A stretch of 64,000 nt of DNA, taken from positions 1 to 64,000 of the forward strand of contig CAMAVZ010000008.1 of the NCBI GenBank assembly GCA_945861645.1. Direction: 5' to 3'. The position numbers were made by a program, and so were the translations under genes. This document shows, piece after piece, positions 9,789 through 20,971 of this stretch. The DNA is from Opitutus sp. GAS368 (GTDB lineage: Bacteria; Verrucomicrobiota; Verrucomicrobiia; Opitutales; Opitutaceae). Every line of letters begins with the position of its first letter. Position 1 is the first letter of the stretch. A model generated the notes under the pieces. It searched no databases, had not been told where the DNA came from, and worked only from the letters and a program-made list of their open reading frames with translations.

Positions 9789-10163
9789 CTATTTTTCCCA
9801 ATTCAGCGCACCCTTCTTGAACTCATAAAATAAGCCCAAGACGAGGACGCCCAAAAAGAAAAGCATGGGGGAAAGAATCGCAATATCGTTAGCGAGGAAA
9901 TCCCGGTAGACAAAAGTCCAAGGAATCAGAAAAACGACCTCGATATCAAATAAGAGAAACAGCATCGCGGTGACGTAAAATTTAACCGCGAAGCGCGTGT
10001 GCGTACTGCCATTACTCGGCACCCCGCACTCATAAGGAGTGTCCTTGATCGCGTTCGGCCGAAAGCGTTGCCCGATTAATTGGCTGGCCATGACCACCCC
10101 CACGGTAATGGCCGCGGCGAGCGCTACTTGAATAAGTAAGGGAAGATAAGCGGCAGAAACCAT
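9789..10163 (-). CDS. nuoA: NADH-quinone oxidoreductase subunit A
   Basis: KDTPYECG, KFYVTAMLFLLFDIEVVFLIPW, YEFKKGALNW; ATG at 10163. Confidence 0.95.
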   Translation of the reverse strand: MVSAAYLPLLIQVALAAAITVGVVMASQLIGQRFRPNAIKDTPYECGVPSNGSTHTRFAVKFYVTAMLFLLFDIEVVFLIPWTFVYRDFLANDIAILSPMLFFLGVLVLGLFYEFKKGALNWEK

Positions 10164-10257
10164 GCCCAGAAGATGCGCGCATCGCGGGCCCAGCTTCAAG
10201 GGGATTTTTCAGCGGACAGCCCAGTTGCTTTTGGCGCAAATTTGTTTTTGCTGCGGT

Positions 10258-10803
10258 ATGCTTAAACTTAGCCTAATGCTTAGCCTCTGCACCCTCCCGC
10301 TTGCCATGTTCGCCCAAGCCGCTTTCCCCCCGACCCCGCCAGATAGCAACGAAGTTAAAACCTTACCCGCTGGTATCCTGCTCCAAGCAGCTGGTCGCGG
10401 CAATTATTTCGACGGCGCAGATAATCTCTTCAGCCCACTTTTCCGCTACATCTCGCGACACAAAATCGCCATGACCACGCCGGTCGAAGCCCGCATCGAA
10501 AGTGCCGCGATGTTGTTCTGGGTCGCACCGGCTGAACAAAATAAATTAGCCGGGAACGAAGCGGGCGTTGAAATAATCACCGTGCCCGCAAGGCGGGTCG
10601 CGAGCCGAGGCGAGCGAGGGGGCTACACTCGTGAAAATTTTGTCGAGGCCCGCACCAAGCTACTCGCATGGATAGTCACCCAGCCGGACTTAGCCCCCGC
10701 CGGCGAACCTTACGCCGTGTACTGGAATGCACCTTTCGTGCCGTTTTTCCTGAAACGCTTTGAAGTTCATGTACCCGTGCGCACCCGCGCGACCGGAGGC
10801 TAA
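10258..10803 (+). CDS. SOUL heme-binding family protein, secreted
   Basis: Signal peptide; LFRYI...IAMTTPVE, YWNAPFVPFFLKRFEV motifs. Confidence 0.8.
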   Translation: MLKLSLMLSLCTLPLAMFAQAAFPPTPPDSNEVKTLPAGILLQAAGRGNYFDGADNLFSPLFRYISRHKIAMTTPVEARIESAAMLFWVAPAEQNKLAGNEAGVEIITVPARRVASRGERGGYTRENFVEARTKLLAWIVTQPDLAPAGEPYAVYWNAPFVPFFLKRFEVHVPVRTRATGG

Positions 10804-10816
10804 CGATCACTCCGAG

Positions 10817-11869
10817 TTAAGGCGAACTGCCGCCTGAGCGCTGCCACGCGACATGCGCAGGATCGTTTGTGCCCACCCCGAGTTGTTGCGCAAAATCAAG
10901 CATACGGGCGTCGTCCTCTGAGATGGGCTCAAAGCCCGCCTTCTTTCTCGCCGCATTAAGCTTCTGCAACATGAGGGCATCTAGAATGACGGGATCCGCA
11001 CTCATCAAAAGCTGCGGCTCTGAATTGGTGTAGAGTGAATTAAAATAAGGTCCGCCGATAAACTGATAAAGCTGCAGACTGGCAATATTGAGCGCCCACC
11101 CTTCGCGCAGCTCAGGAATCGCGGCCATTTCGGCCACGGCCGCCGGTGCGGTGGCTGGGCTTTTAAAAAAGCGGAAGGTATTACTCGCATTCCAAAGCGT
11201 GGCATTCACGAGCGCCCCATTAATTCCGAGAATCGGATGATCCGTATAAACGGGTAAATTAATCCAAAAATCGGCATCCAGAAAAAGCGGTGTCGCCAGA
11301 AAACTTTTGCGATCTTCCTCCGTTGTCGTGGTCGACTTGCCCCCCGCGGCCGCTTCCACCGCACGATCATTGGTCACTGGATCGAATCGTGAGGGCAACG
11401 GACTATCATAAAACCAGGTCGGATCATAAAATTTCCCAGACTCGAGCACATAAACTGGATGGCCAGGAAACGGCACCGTCCCACTTGAAAACGAAGGCAA
11501 ATAACCGGTGAGTCGCAACCGCAGTGGGTTGAGGCCAACGAGGAAAATATTTTCGCGGGCAAAGCCCCGCTTCTCCAGCGCCCCAATTAGGCCACGCACC
11601 AAGCCAAAGGGAGTCGCCAAGCCCGGACCAGAATCCGCATAAATTTTTAGCCCAACTTTTTTCTTAGCGCGCGGGATAAGCTGACGACCAGATGATCGCT
11701 CAAAATCCTGTAATAATTGCTCCACGGCATAACGATAATCAGCGTCGCTAAAATCTACGAGGCGATGCTCCCACACCGGAGCAGGCGGCGTGTCTTTAGG
11801 CGCAGCCCAAGCAGGGAGCACACTAAGCAGAGAGATAAAAACACTCGAGAGTAAGGGGAGAAAGCGCAT
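10817..11869 (-). CDS. DUF362-like secreted protein
   Basis: Signal peptide; KVGLKI, DFWINLP, SADPVILDA pattern. Confidence 0.65.
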   Translation of the reverse strand: MRFLPLLSSVFISLLSVLPAWAAPKDTPPAPVWEHRLVDFSDADYRYAVEQLLQDFERSSGRQLIPRAKKKVGLKIYADSGPGLATPFGLVRGLIGALEKRGFARENIFLVGLNPLRLRLTGYLPSFSSGTVPFPGHPVYVLESGKFYDPTWFYDSPLPSRFDPVTNDRAVEAAAGGKSTTTTEEDRKSFLATPLFLDADFWINLPVYTDHPILGINGALVNATLWNASNTFRFFKSPATAPAAVAEMAAIPELREGWALNIASLQLYQFIGGPYFNSLYTNSEPQLLMSADPVILDALMLQKLNAARKKAGFEPISEDDARMLDFAQQLGVGTNDPAHVAWQRSGGSSP

Positions 11870-12100
11870 AAAAATAACGCCGATCTTATCAGCATTAAAG
11901 CGGCGCAACGTGACAGACCCGAACGACGGTTAAAAGTTTAATCTTAAAGTGAATTATTTTTGAGCACGGCCCGGATGGTACTTTCACTTAGCGATTATGA
12001 CGGTGATCAGCGCACGCCGACCGGCGCGCCGCAGCCACCGCTCTCCACTTGGCTGATTTTAGGCTCGGCGAACCTGCTGCTCGACCATTAGAGCTAACCG

Positions 12101-13969
12101 GTGCCCGTCATTAAAGCCTCCAGTCTGCGCGATCTAAAAAATCGCGTTAACATCCACGATGTCGTGGGCCGCGTCGTGACGCTCAAAAAAGCCGGCGGCG
12201 GGCGCTCTAAAGGACTCTGTCCTTTTCACTCAGAGAAAACGCCCTCGTTCAATGTCTCCGCCGACAAGGGCTTTTACAAATGCTTTGGCTGCGGCAAAGC
12301 CGGGGACGTTATTAATTTTGTGATCGAGACCGAGGGCCTCCAATTCACCGAAGCGGTGGAGGCGATCGCGCAGCGCTTTGGGGTGACCCTAGAGTACGAA
12401 GCGGGCTCCGGGGGACCCTCGCCCGAGACGCGTTCATTGCGGCAGGAAATTTTCGAGATCCACGACCTCGCGGCCGATTATTATCGGCAAGCTTTTTTGG
12501 CGGCGACGCCTCAGGGAGAATTCATTCGTGCTTATTGGGTAAAAAATCGCCGCTTCACGCTCGAATTGGCCGAGGAATTTAAAATCGGATTCGCCCCGCC
12601 CGAGGATAGCGGACTCGCCGCGGCCCTGTGGAAGCGCCAATTTACCGAGGAGGCCTTGCGCCAGTGTGGCTTGTTTTTCACCCGCGAAGGGGCCCTGCTC
12701 GCAATCGGCGCGCTGCGCCCACGCTTCCGCGGGCGGCTGATGATTCCGATTCGAGACCACCAAGGTCGCATTGTGGCCTTCACCGCTCGGCAACTGGAAT
12801 TAACCCCCGCGGATGATCCGGCCCGCGAGGCTAAATATGTTAACTCACCGGAAACACCTATTTTTACGAAGAGCAATTTGCTCTTCAATCTCGACCGCGC
12901 GCGGAGTCACGCCACGGACGGACATCCCTTCGTGCTCGTCGAGGGACAACTGGATGCCCTCCGCTGTTGGAGCGTGGGCCTGCGGACGGCAATTGCCCCG
13001 CAAGGCACGTCGATTACCGAAGGGCAGTTGGCGCTGCTGCGCCGCTATCACCCGCAAGTAGAATGTTTTTTTGATAGTGACAGCGCGGGGCAAAAAGCTG
13101 CGCTACGCTTTCTCCCAATGGCCTTGAAAGCGGGTTTGGAAATTCGCTTCTTACTGTTGGGCGGTGCCGAAAAAATGGACCCTGATCTCCTTTTCTTGGA
13201 GCGCGGCTTGGCTGCCTACGACGATGTTAAGCAAAGCTCCTGCTCGGCCATGGCCTTTGCGTGCCAGTCATTGTTGCCCCAAGCCGCCACGGCTTCGGCT
13301 GAACAAAAATCGCGCGCCGCTACCGCCCTTTACGAGATCATTGCCCAAACCGACTCTGAAGTAACGCGGATGTCTTTTCTCAACGAGATCGCGCAAAATT
13401 TGCGCGTGCCCCAAGCAGCTCTCGAACGCGACTTACGCGCCTATCTTTCGCGCGGCAGCGGTTCACGTTTTGCTCCCACGCATAGCGCCTCCACCCCGAC
13501 GGTGAATCTCAGTGCGGGCTCCTCGACCAAAGTCGCCGAGGCCCACCTACTTTTTCTCTGCCTCCACCATGAGTCGCTGTTGCACGCATTCGCTCGTCAC
13601 TTGCCGCATGAATGGATCGACCAATCACAACCAGCGGGCCTGCTCCTCGATCGTATTTTGGCCGAGGCCGCCCACAACGGTTGGGCTGGTCGCGCACAAC
13701 TTGACCAAATCCTTGAGACCGAAGAAGAAAAGTCGCTCATCGCTTCCCTGCTTTTTGAAGCGGCTGGCGATGATGATTTAGCAAAAATGGCGAATGAGGG
13801 ATTGCGCTCCATGCAGCGACGATTTCTTGAGCCCAAGGTGCGGCAAATAGAACTTGAAATAGCTACTAAAGGCGCGGACCTTGACAGTCAGCTTCCGTCA
13901 CTCTTGAAACAGCGTGCCGAAATTATTCGACAGCTGCAACATCCGCCAAAGCTCACCCTCGATTCCTGA
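12101..13969 (+). CDS. dnaG: DNA primase
   Basis: CPFHSEKTPSF...CFGC zinc finger, KYVNSPET, VEGQLD TOPRIM, FDSDSAG. Confidence 0.97.
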   Translation: MPVIKASSLRDLKNRVNIHDVVGRVVTLKKAGGGRSKGLCPFHSEKTPSFNVSADKGFYKCFGCGKAGDVINFVIETEGLQFTEAVEAIAQRFGVTLEYEAGSGGPSPETRSLRQEIFEIHDLAADYYRQAFLAATPQGEFIRAYWVKNRRFTLELAEEFKIGFAPPEDSGLAAALWKRQFTEEALRQCGLFFTREGALLAIGALRPRFRGRLMIPIRDHQGRIVAFTARQLELTPADDPAREAKYVNSPETPIFTKSNLLFNLDRARSHATDGHPFVLVEGQLDALRCWSVGLRTAIAPQGTSITEGQLALLRRYHPQVECFFDSDSAGQKAALRFLPMALKAGLEIRFLLLGGAEKMDPDLLFLERGLAAYDDVKQSSCSAMAFACQSLLPQAATASAEQKSRAATALYEIIAQTDSEVTRMSFLNEIAQNLRVPQAALERDLRAYLSRGSGSRFAPTHSASTPTVNLSAGSSTKVAEAHLLFLCLHHESLLHAFARHLPHEWIDQSQPAGLLLDRILAEAAHNGWAGRAQLDQILETEEEKSLIASLLFEAAGDDDLAKMANEGLRSMQRRFLEPKVRQIELEIATKGADLDSQLPSLLKQRAEIIRQLQHPPKLTLDS

Positions 13970-14028
13970 CTTTGCTACTATTTTCAGCCGATCTATCCTA
14001 ACTCATAGAGGAAGCCATCATTTACGTT

Positions 14029-16053
14029 ATGCCGAGCCATCCCAAGCAAGCCAAGCCCACGACCAAATCCGCCCCAAAAAAGGCGCCGGTCAAATCGCAT
14101 GCCCCTGCCCCCGCCGGCAAGGCTCACGAAAAGCCCCCCACCCCCCCTGCGCCTAAGCCCCAAGAATTAGTGAAGGCGGTTACCGCCCACGCCAAACCGG
14201 CCGCGACGGCACCGGCGTTCGTGCCCTCAACTTTGGCCCACGGGAAACATCCAGAGCCCACCAAGCATAGCGCCCCACTCGCGGCCACCGCCGACGCGAC
14301 CAAGGAATTCAAGGAAAAGGCTCTAGAAAATCTCTCTGGCGATCTCAACGAAAAAATCCGCTACCTAATCCGCCTGTCCAAAGAACAGGGCTACCTCACC
14401 TACGCTGACATTAACGAAGCGCTCCCCGAGTCAGTCGATAATCCGGAGGATATCGAAAACGTCATTTCCATCCTGCAGAATCTGGAAATCGACATACTCG
14501 ATCCTGATGAAGTTGAAAATTACAAGCTGCGGCAAGAGGAGGCGGAAGAAGAAGAGTCCCGCACCTCAAACAATGATATTCTCGATGACCCGGTCCGCAT
14601 GTACCTCAAGCAAATGGGGCAAGTCCCACTGCTGACGCGCGAACAGGAAGTCGAAATCTCGAAGCGCATCGAGACCGCGGAGATCAATGCGTTAGCCGCG
14701 CTTTTTGCACTCGGGCCCGTCGGCAAGCATCTCGCTAATCTCGGCGAGAAACTCCTGCTCCGCACGGAGCGTTTTGATCGTCTGGTCATCGATAAGAAAA
14801 TCGAAAGCCGCGACATCTATTTCAAAAATCTCCAGAAGCTGGTCGATATCACGCGGAGCAACGACGAGATCGCCACGGAAGCTTGGAATGATTCCCTGAA
14901 AGCTCGCGATGAAAAAGCCCGAAAGAATGCGATTATTCGTTTCAAAAAGCGCGATAACGTCCTGCGCGCGAGCTACGTTAAATATTTCTTCAAATTGAAA
15001 GTGTTTGAGGATTTCCTGATCGAATTGCGGCCGAAAATTCAAGAGGTCGAGAAATGCTTCCATGATTTACATCGGGCGAAGCATCCAAAATCGAAAAAAG
15101 ATACGGCGATTGATGTGCGCGCCGTCAACGCGAAGCTCAAACACCTCGAGATCGATATGCGCATCACGCCCCAGGGCCTGATCGACACCCTTAAAACCGC
15201 GCGCGGCTTTATCCGGGAGGCCCATAAGGCCAAAACGGAGATGGTCGAAGCCAATCTCCGCCTGGTCATCTCCATCGCCAAAAAATACACTAACCGTGGT
15301 CTCTCTTTCCTCGATTTGATCCAAGAGGGTAACATGGGCCTGATGAAAGCCGTCGAAAAATTTGAATACCGGCGCGGCTATAAATTCTCCACTTACGCTA
15401 CGTGGTGGATCCGGCAGGCGATTACTCGCTCCATCGCGGACCAAGCCCGTACCATTCGCATCCCGGTCCACATGATCGAGACCCTGAATAAGGTGATGCA
15501 GGTGCAGAAACAATTACTCCAAGAATTTGGGCACGAGCCAACCCCAGAAGAAGTCGCGGAGGAGATGAATCTGCCGGTGGAACGCGTCCAGCAGATCATG
15601 AAGATGGCGCAACAACCGATCTCGTTGCAGTCACCCGTCGGCGACGGCGATGACACCAGCTTTGGCGACTTTATTGAGGATAAGTCCGCGGATAATCCTT
15701 ACGACATGACGGCCTTCTCGCTGTTGCGCGAAAAAATCATGGATGTACTCGATTCACTCACAGAACGGGAACGACGCGTGCTCACCTTGCGTTTCGGCTT
15801 GGTTGATGGTTACAGCCGCACGCTGGAAGAGGTCGGCAAGCAATTTAAAGTTACCCGCGAACGCATTCGGCAAATTGAAGCTAAAGCTCTTCGTAAAATG
15901 CGTCACCCCACCCGCATTCGGCAGTTGCATGGCTTTTTCGATGCCGAACAAATCGATAATCCCCAGAACTTGCTGAAGAAGCCACCGGCCATCCCGCCCC
16001 AATTTATCAAACAAGGCGGCTTGCTCGGCAAAATGCTCTTCCCGCAAACCTAA
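14029..16053 (+). CDS. rpoD: RNA polymerase sigma factor RpoD
   Basis: [50 protein letters not shown]; Pro/Lys/Ala-rich N-terminal extension. Confidence 0.97.
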   Translation: MPSHPKQAKPTTKSAPKKAPVKSHAPAPAGKAHEKPPTPPAPKPQELVKAVTAHAKPAATAPAFVPSTLAHGKHPEPTKHSAPLAATADATKEFKEKALENLSGDLNEKIRYLIRLSKEQGYLTYADINEALPESVDNPEDIENVISILQNLEIDILDPDEVENYKLRQEEAEEEESRTSNNDILDDPVRMYLKQMGQVPLLTREQEVEISKRIETAEINALAALFALGPVGKHLANLGEKLLLRTERFDRLVIDKKIESRDIYFKNLQKLVDITRSNDEIATEAWNDSLKARDEKARKNAIIRFKKRDNVLRASYVKYFFKLKVFEDFLIELRPKIQEVEKCFHDLHRAKHPKSKKDTAIDVRAVNAKLKHLEIDMRITPQGLIDTLKTARGFIREAHKAKTEMVEANLRLVISIAKKYTNRGLSFLDLIQEGNMGLMKAVEKFEYRRGYKFSTYATWWIRQAITRSIADQARTIRIPVHMIETLNKVMQVQKQLLQEFGHEPTPEEVAEEMNLPVERVQQIMKMAQQPISLQSPVGDGDDTSFGDFIEDKSADNPYDMTAFSLLREKIMDVLDSLTERERRVLTLRFGLVDGYSRTLEEVGKQFKVTRERIRQIEAKALRKMRHPTRIRQLHGFFDAEQIDNPQNLLKKPPAIPPQFIKQGGLLGKMLFPQT

Positions 16054-16104
16054 AGCGGCTTTCGCCCTTTACGTTTTACCGCAAACAAACTACTCATACC
16101 GATT

Positions 16105-16332
16105 ATGCCAACCTCTTTGCCCCACTCCCTCGCCATTTTTGGTCTCGGCGGACCAGAACTAATGATCATCTTGGTGATCATTTTATTACTCTTCGGCGGC
16201 GCTAAGCTCCCCGCGCTCGCGAAAGGTCTTGGCCAATCCATCAAAGAATTCAAGCAAGCGGCCAAAGACGGCAACGAAGATGAGAAAGAAGAGAAGAAAC
16301 CAGACGCGGGCCAAAAGCCTGGGAATAATTAA
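16105..16332 (+). CDS. tatA: Twin-arginine translocase TatA/E
   Basis: GGPELMIILVIILLLFGGAKLPALAKGLGQSIKEFK. Confidence 0.95.
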   Translation: MPTSLPHSLAIFGLGGPELMIILVIILLLFGGAKLPALAKGLGQSIKEFKQAAKDGNEDEKEEKKPDAGQKPGNN

Positions 16333-16361
16333 CCAATCATCTGACTCGTTTGATGATTTGC

Positions 16362-16389
16362 GGCGCACCTCACCCGGTGCGCCTTTTTT
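16362..16389 (+). terminator. Intrinsic terminator after tatA
   Basis: GGCGCACC/GGTGCGCC stem followed by T6. Confidence 0.85.
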
Positions 16390-16525
16390 AGGCTAAGGTC
16401 GCCGCATTGCGATCGACACGGCAGGCGCGAGTCCGCCCTAACCCGTTTCCCCCAGCGAGTTTGCTTTTGACAACTTCGCCGCGCCGCGACTTGTATTAGT
16501 AAACCTCTTCCCCGTCATCGCTCCA

Positions 16526-17551
<1,026 letters not shown>

Positions 17552-17593
17552 GCGAGGCCGGCCTCGCTTGCCGGCTCAATCGCCGACCCCGTC

Positions 17594-18430
17594 GTGCTTC
17601 CAAAACGCTTCGATCAGGTTAGTCCGTTTGTCACCTTGGGGATTATTTTGCTCACGTGGCTCCTGCTGCCATTTGTTTTCAAAACGTTTACGCGGGCCAC
17701 TTTTTTTGAGATTCAAGCACCCCTGACGGTTGCTGATTCTTACGCCCACGATCTGCAGGATTTTTGGTCCAACCGCCTGCATTCTAAAGATGAGCTCCTC
17801 CAAGCTGGCCGTGACTTGGCTGGGCTAGTGGCCAAATATAATTTTAGTGTGCAGCAAAACCAACAGTTGGAAGCCGACATCCTGCGTTTAGAAAATCTGC
17901 TCAATCTTCCGCCGCTCCCCGCCTTTCGACTGGAGGCGGCCCGCGTCGCGCAACGCGATTTCTCTGGCTGGTGGCAGCGCTTCACCATTCGCAAGGGGCA
18001 AAATTTTGGCCTAACCGTGGGCGCTCCGGTCGTCTTCTCCGGGGGCGTGGTCGGGCGCATCACGGAGGTTCATCGCTATACCGCGGTCGTCGATTTGGTC
18101 ACCAGTCCAACGTTTCGCCTCGCCGCCAGTCTTGCCGGCGACAACCGCCCCATCAGCTATCAAGGCGGTCTGAACGATTCATTCAAGGCCCCCCGGGGCA
18201 CGGTGGAGTTTGTTCCTCTCGAATTTACCGCAGCGCGAAACGCTCCGCGACGACTGGTGACCTCTGGCCTTGGCGGCATTTTTCCCGCCGGGCTTTCGAT
18301 TGGCGAGATCCTCAACCTCGAGCTGAGTGCCGACGGGCTATTTAAAGCCGGCGACGTGCAGCTTGATGAGCGCATTGGCACGCTCACGGAAGTTACCGTA
18401 CTTGTGCCGCTAAACCCCGAGGAACTTTAA
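17594..18430 (+). CDS. mreC: Rod shape-determining protein MreC
   Basis: N-terminal TM and coiled coil, GVVGRI, LVTSGLGGIFPAGLSIG; operon position. Confidence 0.92.
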   Translation: MLPKRFDQVSPFVTLGIILLTWLLLPFVFKTFTRATFFEIQAPLTVADSYAHDLQDFWSNRLHSKDELLQAGRDLAGLVAKYNFSVQQNQQLEADILRLENLLNLPPLPAFRLEAARVAQRDFSGWWQRFTIRKGQNFGLTVGAPVVFSGGVVGRITEVHRYTAVVDLVTSPTFRLAASLAGDNRPISYQGGLNDSFKAPRGTVEFVPLEFTAARNAPRRLVTSGLGGIFPAGLSIGEILNLELSADGLFKAGDVQLDERIGTLTEVTVLVPLNPEEL

Positions 18431-18503
18431 AATGATTTTGCGCGGTGCCGGCCTCATCCGACGGTGCGTGATTAGCCGCCGGTTTTTACGAGCCTAATCA
18501 TCC

Positions 18504-19037
18504 ATGCGCCGCTACGATTCCCGCTGGCTACTGGTGGTATCTGCCAACCTAGTCCTAAGCTGGCTGACTGGCTTGGCCAATCACTACCTCGCGCCCCTGG
18601 CGCTGCATTTGTACATTGCTGGGCTATGCGTCGTGTTCGCGGGACTGCGGGTAGATCCCAAGCAGGGTTTGATCGCCACTTTACTGACGGGGCTCCTCCT
18701 CGACGCCACCATCCCGGTACCTTTTGGCACGCACTTGGTGCTCCTCGGACTGATTCATGCCACGCTGCTCTATGGTCGTCGCCGATTCCCCCGCGAAGGG
18801 TCGATCTTTGGCATCGTCGTGGCACAATTTGCTAACCTTTTTCTTTTCATTACCCTCTCCTTTCTGCTGGTGGGCGAGAATCCTCGTCCCGGGGAGGCTT
18901 GGTTGCGCATCTTTGTCGACCTCATCGTTTCACAAATAATTATCCTGCTCATCACACCTTGGTTCTTAGCTCTGCAAGGCCGAGTATTTGAAAAAATGCA
19001 CATCCATCCTGAGACGGGGCGCGCGCTGGCGCGCTGA
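18504..19037 (+). CDS. mreD: Probable MreD membrane protein
   Basis: Multi-TM protein with GLLLD motif, located between mreC and mrdA. Confidence 0.75.
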   Translation: MRRYDSRWLLVVSANLVLSWLTGLANHYLAPLALHLYIAGLCVVFAGLRVDPKQGLIATLLTGLLLDATIPVPFGTHLVLLGLIHATLLYGRRRFPREGSIFGIVVAQFANLFLFITLSFLLVGENPRPGEAWLRIFVDLIVSQIIILLITPWFLALQGRVFEKMHIHPETGRALAR

Positions 19038-19057
19038 GGCCCCCTGTTTTTTCACCC

Positions 19058-20971
19058 GTGAGCCGACTCATCGAAACTCATCACACGCGCAATCCACGTC
19101 TTTGGGTTTTTTATGCCGCAGGAGCGGGGCTTTTGCTCGTGCTGATCAGCGGGCTCGTTTACCGCCAGCTCATAAAATCGCATCTCTACAGCGGCAAAGA
19201 GCGCCTGCAAAACTTGCGGCGGGTGGTGGTCCCCGGTCCGCGTGGCTATATCTATGATCGTGATGGCAAGATCATGGTCGGCAATCGTCCGCGTTTTTCG
19301 GTCGTGCTGAATTTGGCTGAATTACGCGGCGAATTTAGAGCCGAGTATCGAAAAATTAAAAATAATTACCTCTCATTCACGATTACCGAGCGACCTGATG
19401 CCGAGCAATTAGCGCGGATTGCGCGCGCCAGTGTAGCCCAACGCTATCTCGATACGATTAATTTTATTCTCGGCCGGCATGAGACGGTACGCTCCACTGA
19501 TCTGACGCAACACATCAATCAGACCCTCCTGTTGCCCTACGTGTTGCTGAACGATCTCGCCCCCGAAGAGTACGCTCGGTTAATTGAACGCCTGCCGGTT
19601 AGTTCTCCGCTCCAAGTCTACACCGCCAGCACACGCGACTATCCGTATGGCGCGGCCGCCGCTCACACCCTCGGTTATACGGGAAGCAATAACGATCCCG
19701 CCGTCGAAGATTTTGAGGGGGCTGACTTGCTCACTTTCAAGATGAAGGGTTCCGTCGGCCGTAGCGGTCTGGAGAAAGTTTTCGACGAACAGCTGCAAGG
19801 AGAAACGGGGGGCGCCATTTATCTCGTCGATCCGGCTGGTTACAAAGTGGAGCACCCCATCAGCAAGCGCCTGCAGCAACGGCGCCCCGTGCAAGGTCAC
19901 AACATCGCGACCAGCCTCGACCTGGAACTCCAACTCGCGGCGGAGGCCGCGATGACCGGTCGCACCGGCGCCGCCGTTGCTCTCGATATTCGTACGGGCG
20001 AAGTACTCGTCCTAGCCTCACTCCCCAGCTATGATCTCAATACCCGCGTTCCGATTCTCAACCCTGAACAGGAGGTAGAAAAATCAGGAGTCTGGCTCAA
20101 TCGGGCGATCCAAGGACAATACCCCCCCGGCTCTACGTTCAAAATTCTTACGGCCACCGCTGGGTTGCGTAGTGGTGCGATCGAACGGGACCGTTCACGC
20201 GTGCTCTGTCCGGGATTTTATCTGGTCGGTGATCGGCGTTTTGTCTGTGACGCCCGCAATGGCCACGGCGAACGCAGTCTGGTCGGAGCGATTCGCGATT
20301 CCTGCAATGTGTTTTTTTATAAATACGGTCTCGAGACCGGCCCCGATTTAATCGCCGCCGAGGCTCATCGTTTTGGCTTTGACCATAAAACCGGGATCGA
20401 GCTGCCGTTTGAATTTGCGACGCCCCATGTCGCTAGCCCGACCTGGAAACTTGCGACGCTGAAGGAACGCTGGATGCCAGGTGATACCGCCAACACCGCC
20501 ATTGGCCAGGGTGATACGCTCGTTACCCCCTTGCAGGTCGCCTGCATGGTCGCCTCTTTTGCTCGCGGAGAAACTGAAACCAAGCCGACCCTGCTCCACG
20601 ATCCTCAGCGGCCCGCGCAACACTCCCCCGCCATTGGTCTCGCCGCCGCAGATTATCAGGCAATCGTGAATGGGATGGAACAGTGCGCCCAAATTGGCAC
20701 GGGGCGTTTAGCCCACGTCGATGGCCTACGCATGGCGAATAAAACGGGCACGGCGCAAAAAGGCCGAATCGATCTCGCTTGGATGGTTGCCTTCGCCCCG
20801 ATTGATCACCCCCAGATTGCCATCGCGGTGGTTATGGAGGGGACCGAACCAGGTGTTGATTACCACGGTGGCACTTATGCGGCCCCAGTGGTCAAAGCGA
20901 TTCTCGAAGCTTGGAAAGAGAAAAGCGAACGGGCCCCAACTGCACCCGCGGTCAATTTTAAGGTAGAGTAA
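19058..20971 (+). CDS. mrdA: Penicillin-binding protein 2
   Basis: PRGYIYDR, PGSTFK (SxxK), SCN (SxN), KTGTAQ. Confidence 0.92.
   Translation: MSRLIETHHTRNPRLWVFYAAGAGLLLVLISGLVYRQLIKSHLYSGKERLQNLRRVVVPGPRGYIYDRDGKIMVGNRPRFSVVLNLAELRGEFRAEYRKIKNNYLSFTITERPDAEQLARIARASVAQRYLDTINFILGRHETVRSTDLTQHINQTLLLPYVLLNDLAPEEYARLIERLPVSSPLQVYTASTRDYPYGAAAAHTLGYTGSNNDPAVEDFEGADLLTFKMKGSVGRSGLEKVFDEQLQGETGGAIYLVDPAGYKVEHPISKRLQQRRPVQGHNIATSLDLELQLAAEAAMTGRTGAAVALDIRTGEVLVLASLPSYDLNTRVPILNPEQEVEKSGVWLNRAIQGQYPPGSTFKILTATAGLRSGAIERDRSRVLCPGFYLVGDRRFVCDARNGHGERSLVGAIRDSCNVFFYKYGLETGPDLIAAEAHRFGFDHKTGIELPFEFATPHVASPTWKLATLKERWMPGDTANTAIGQGDTLVTPLQVACMVASFARGETETKPTLLHDPQRPAQHSPAIGLAAADYQAIVNGMEQCAQIGTGRLAHVDGLRMANKTGTAQKGRIDLAWMVAFAPIDHPQIAIAVVMEGTEPGVDYHGGTYAAPVVKAILEAWKEKSERAPTAPAVNFKVE

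Noticed and set aside
6493-11954. 15/16 match TAATCTTAAAGT(T/G)AAT at 6493 and 11939
   Set aside because: Only two copies; matches of this length can arise by chance in 64 kb, and no shared context is evident
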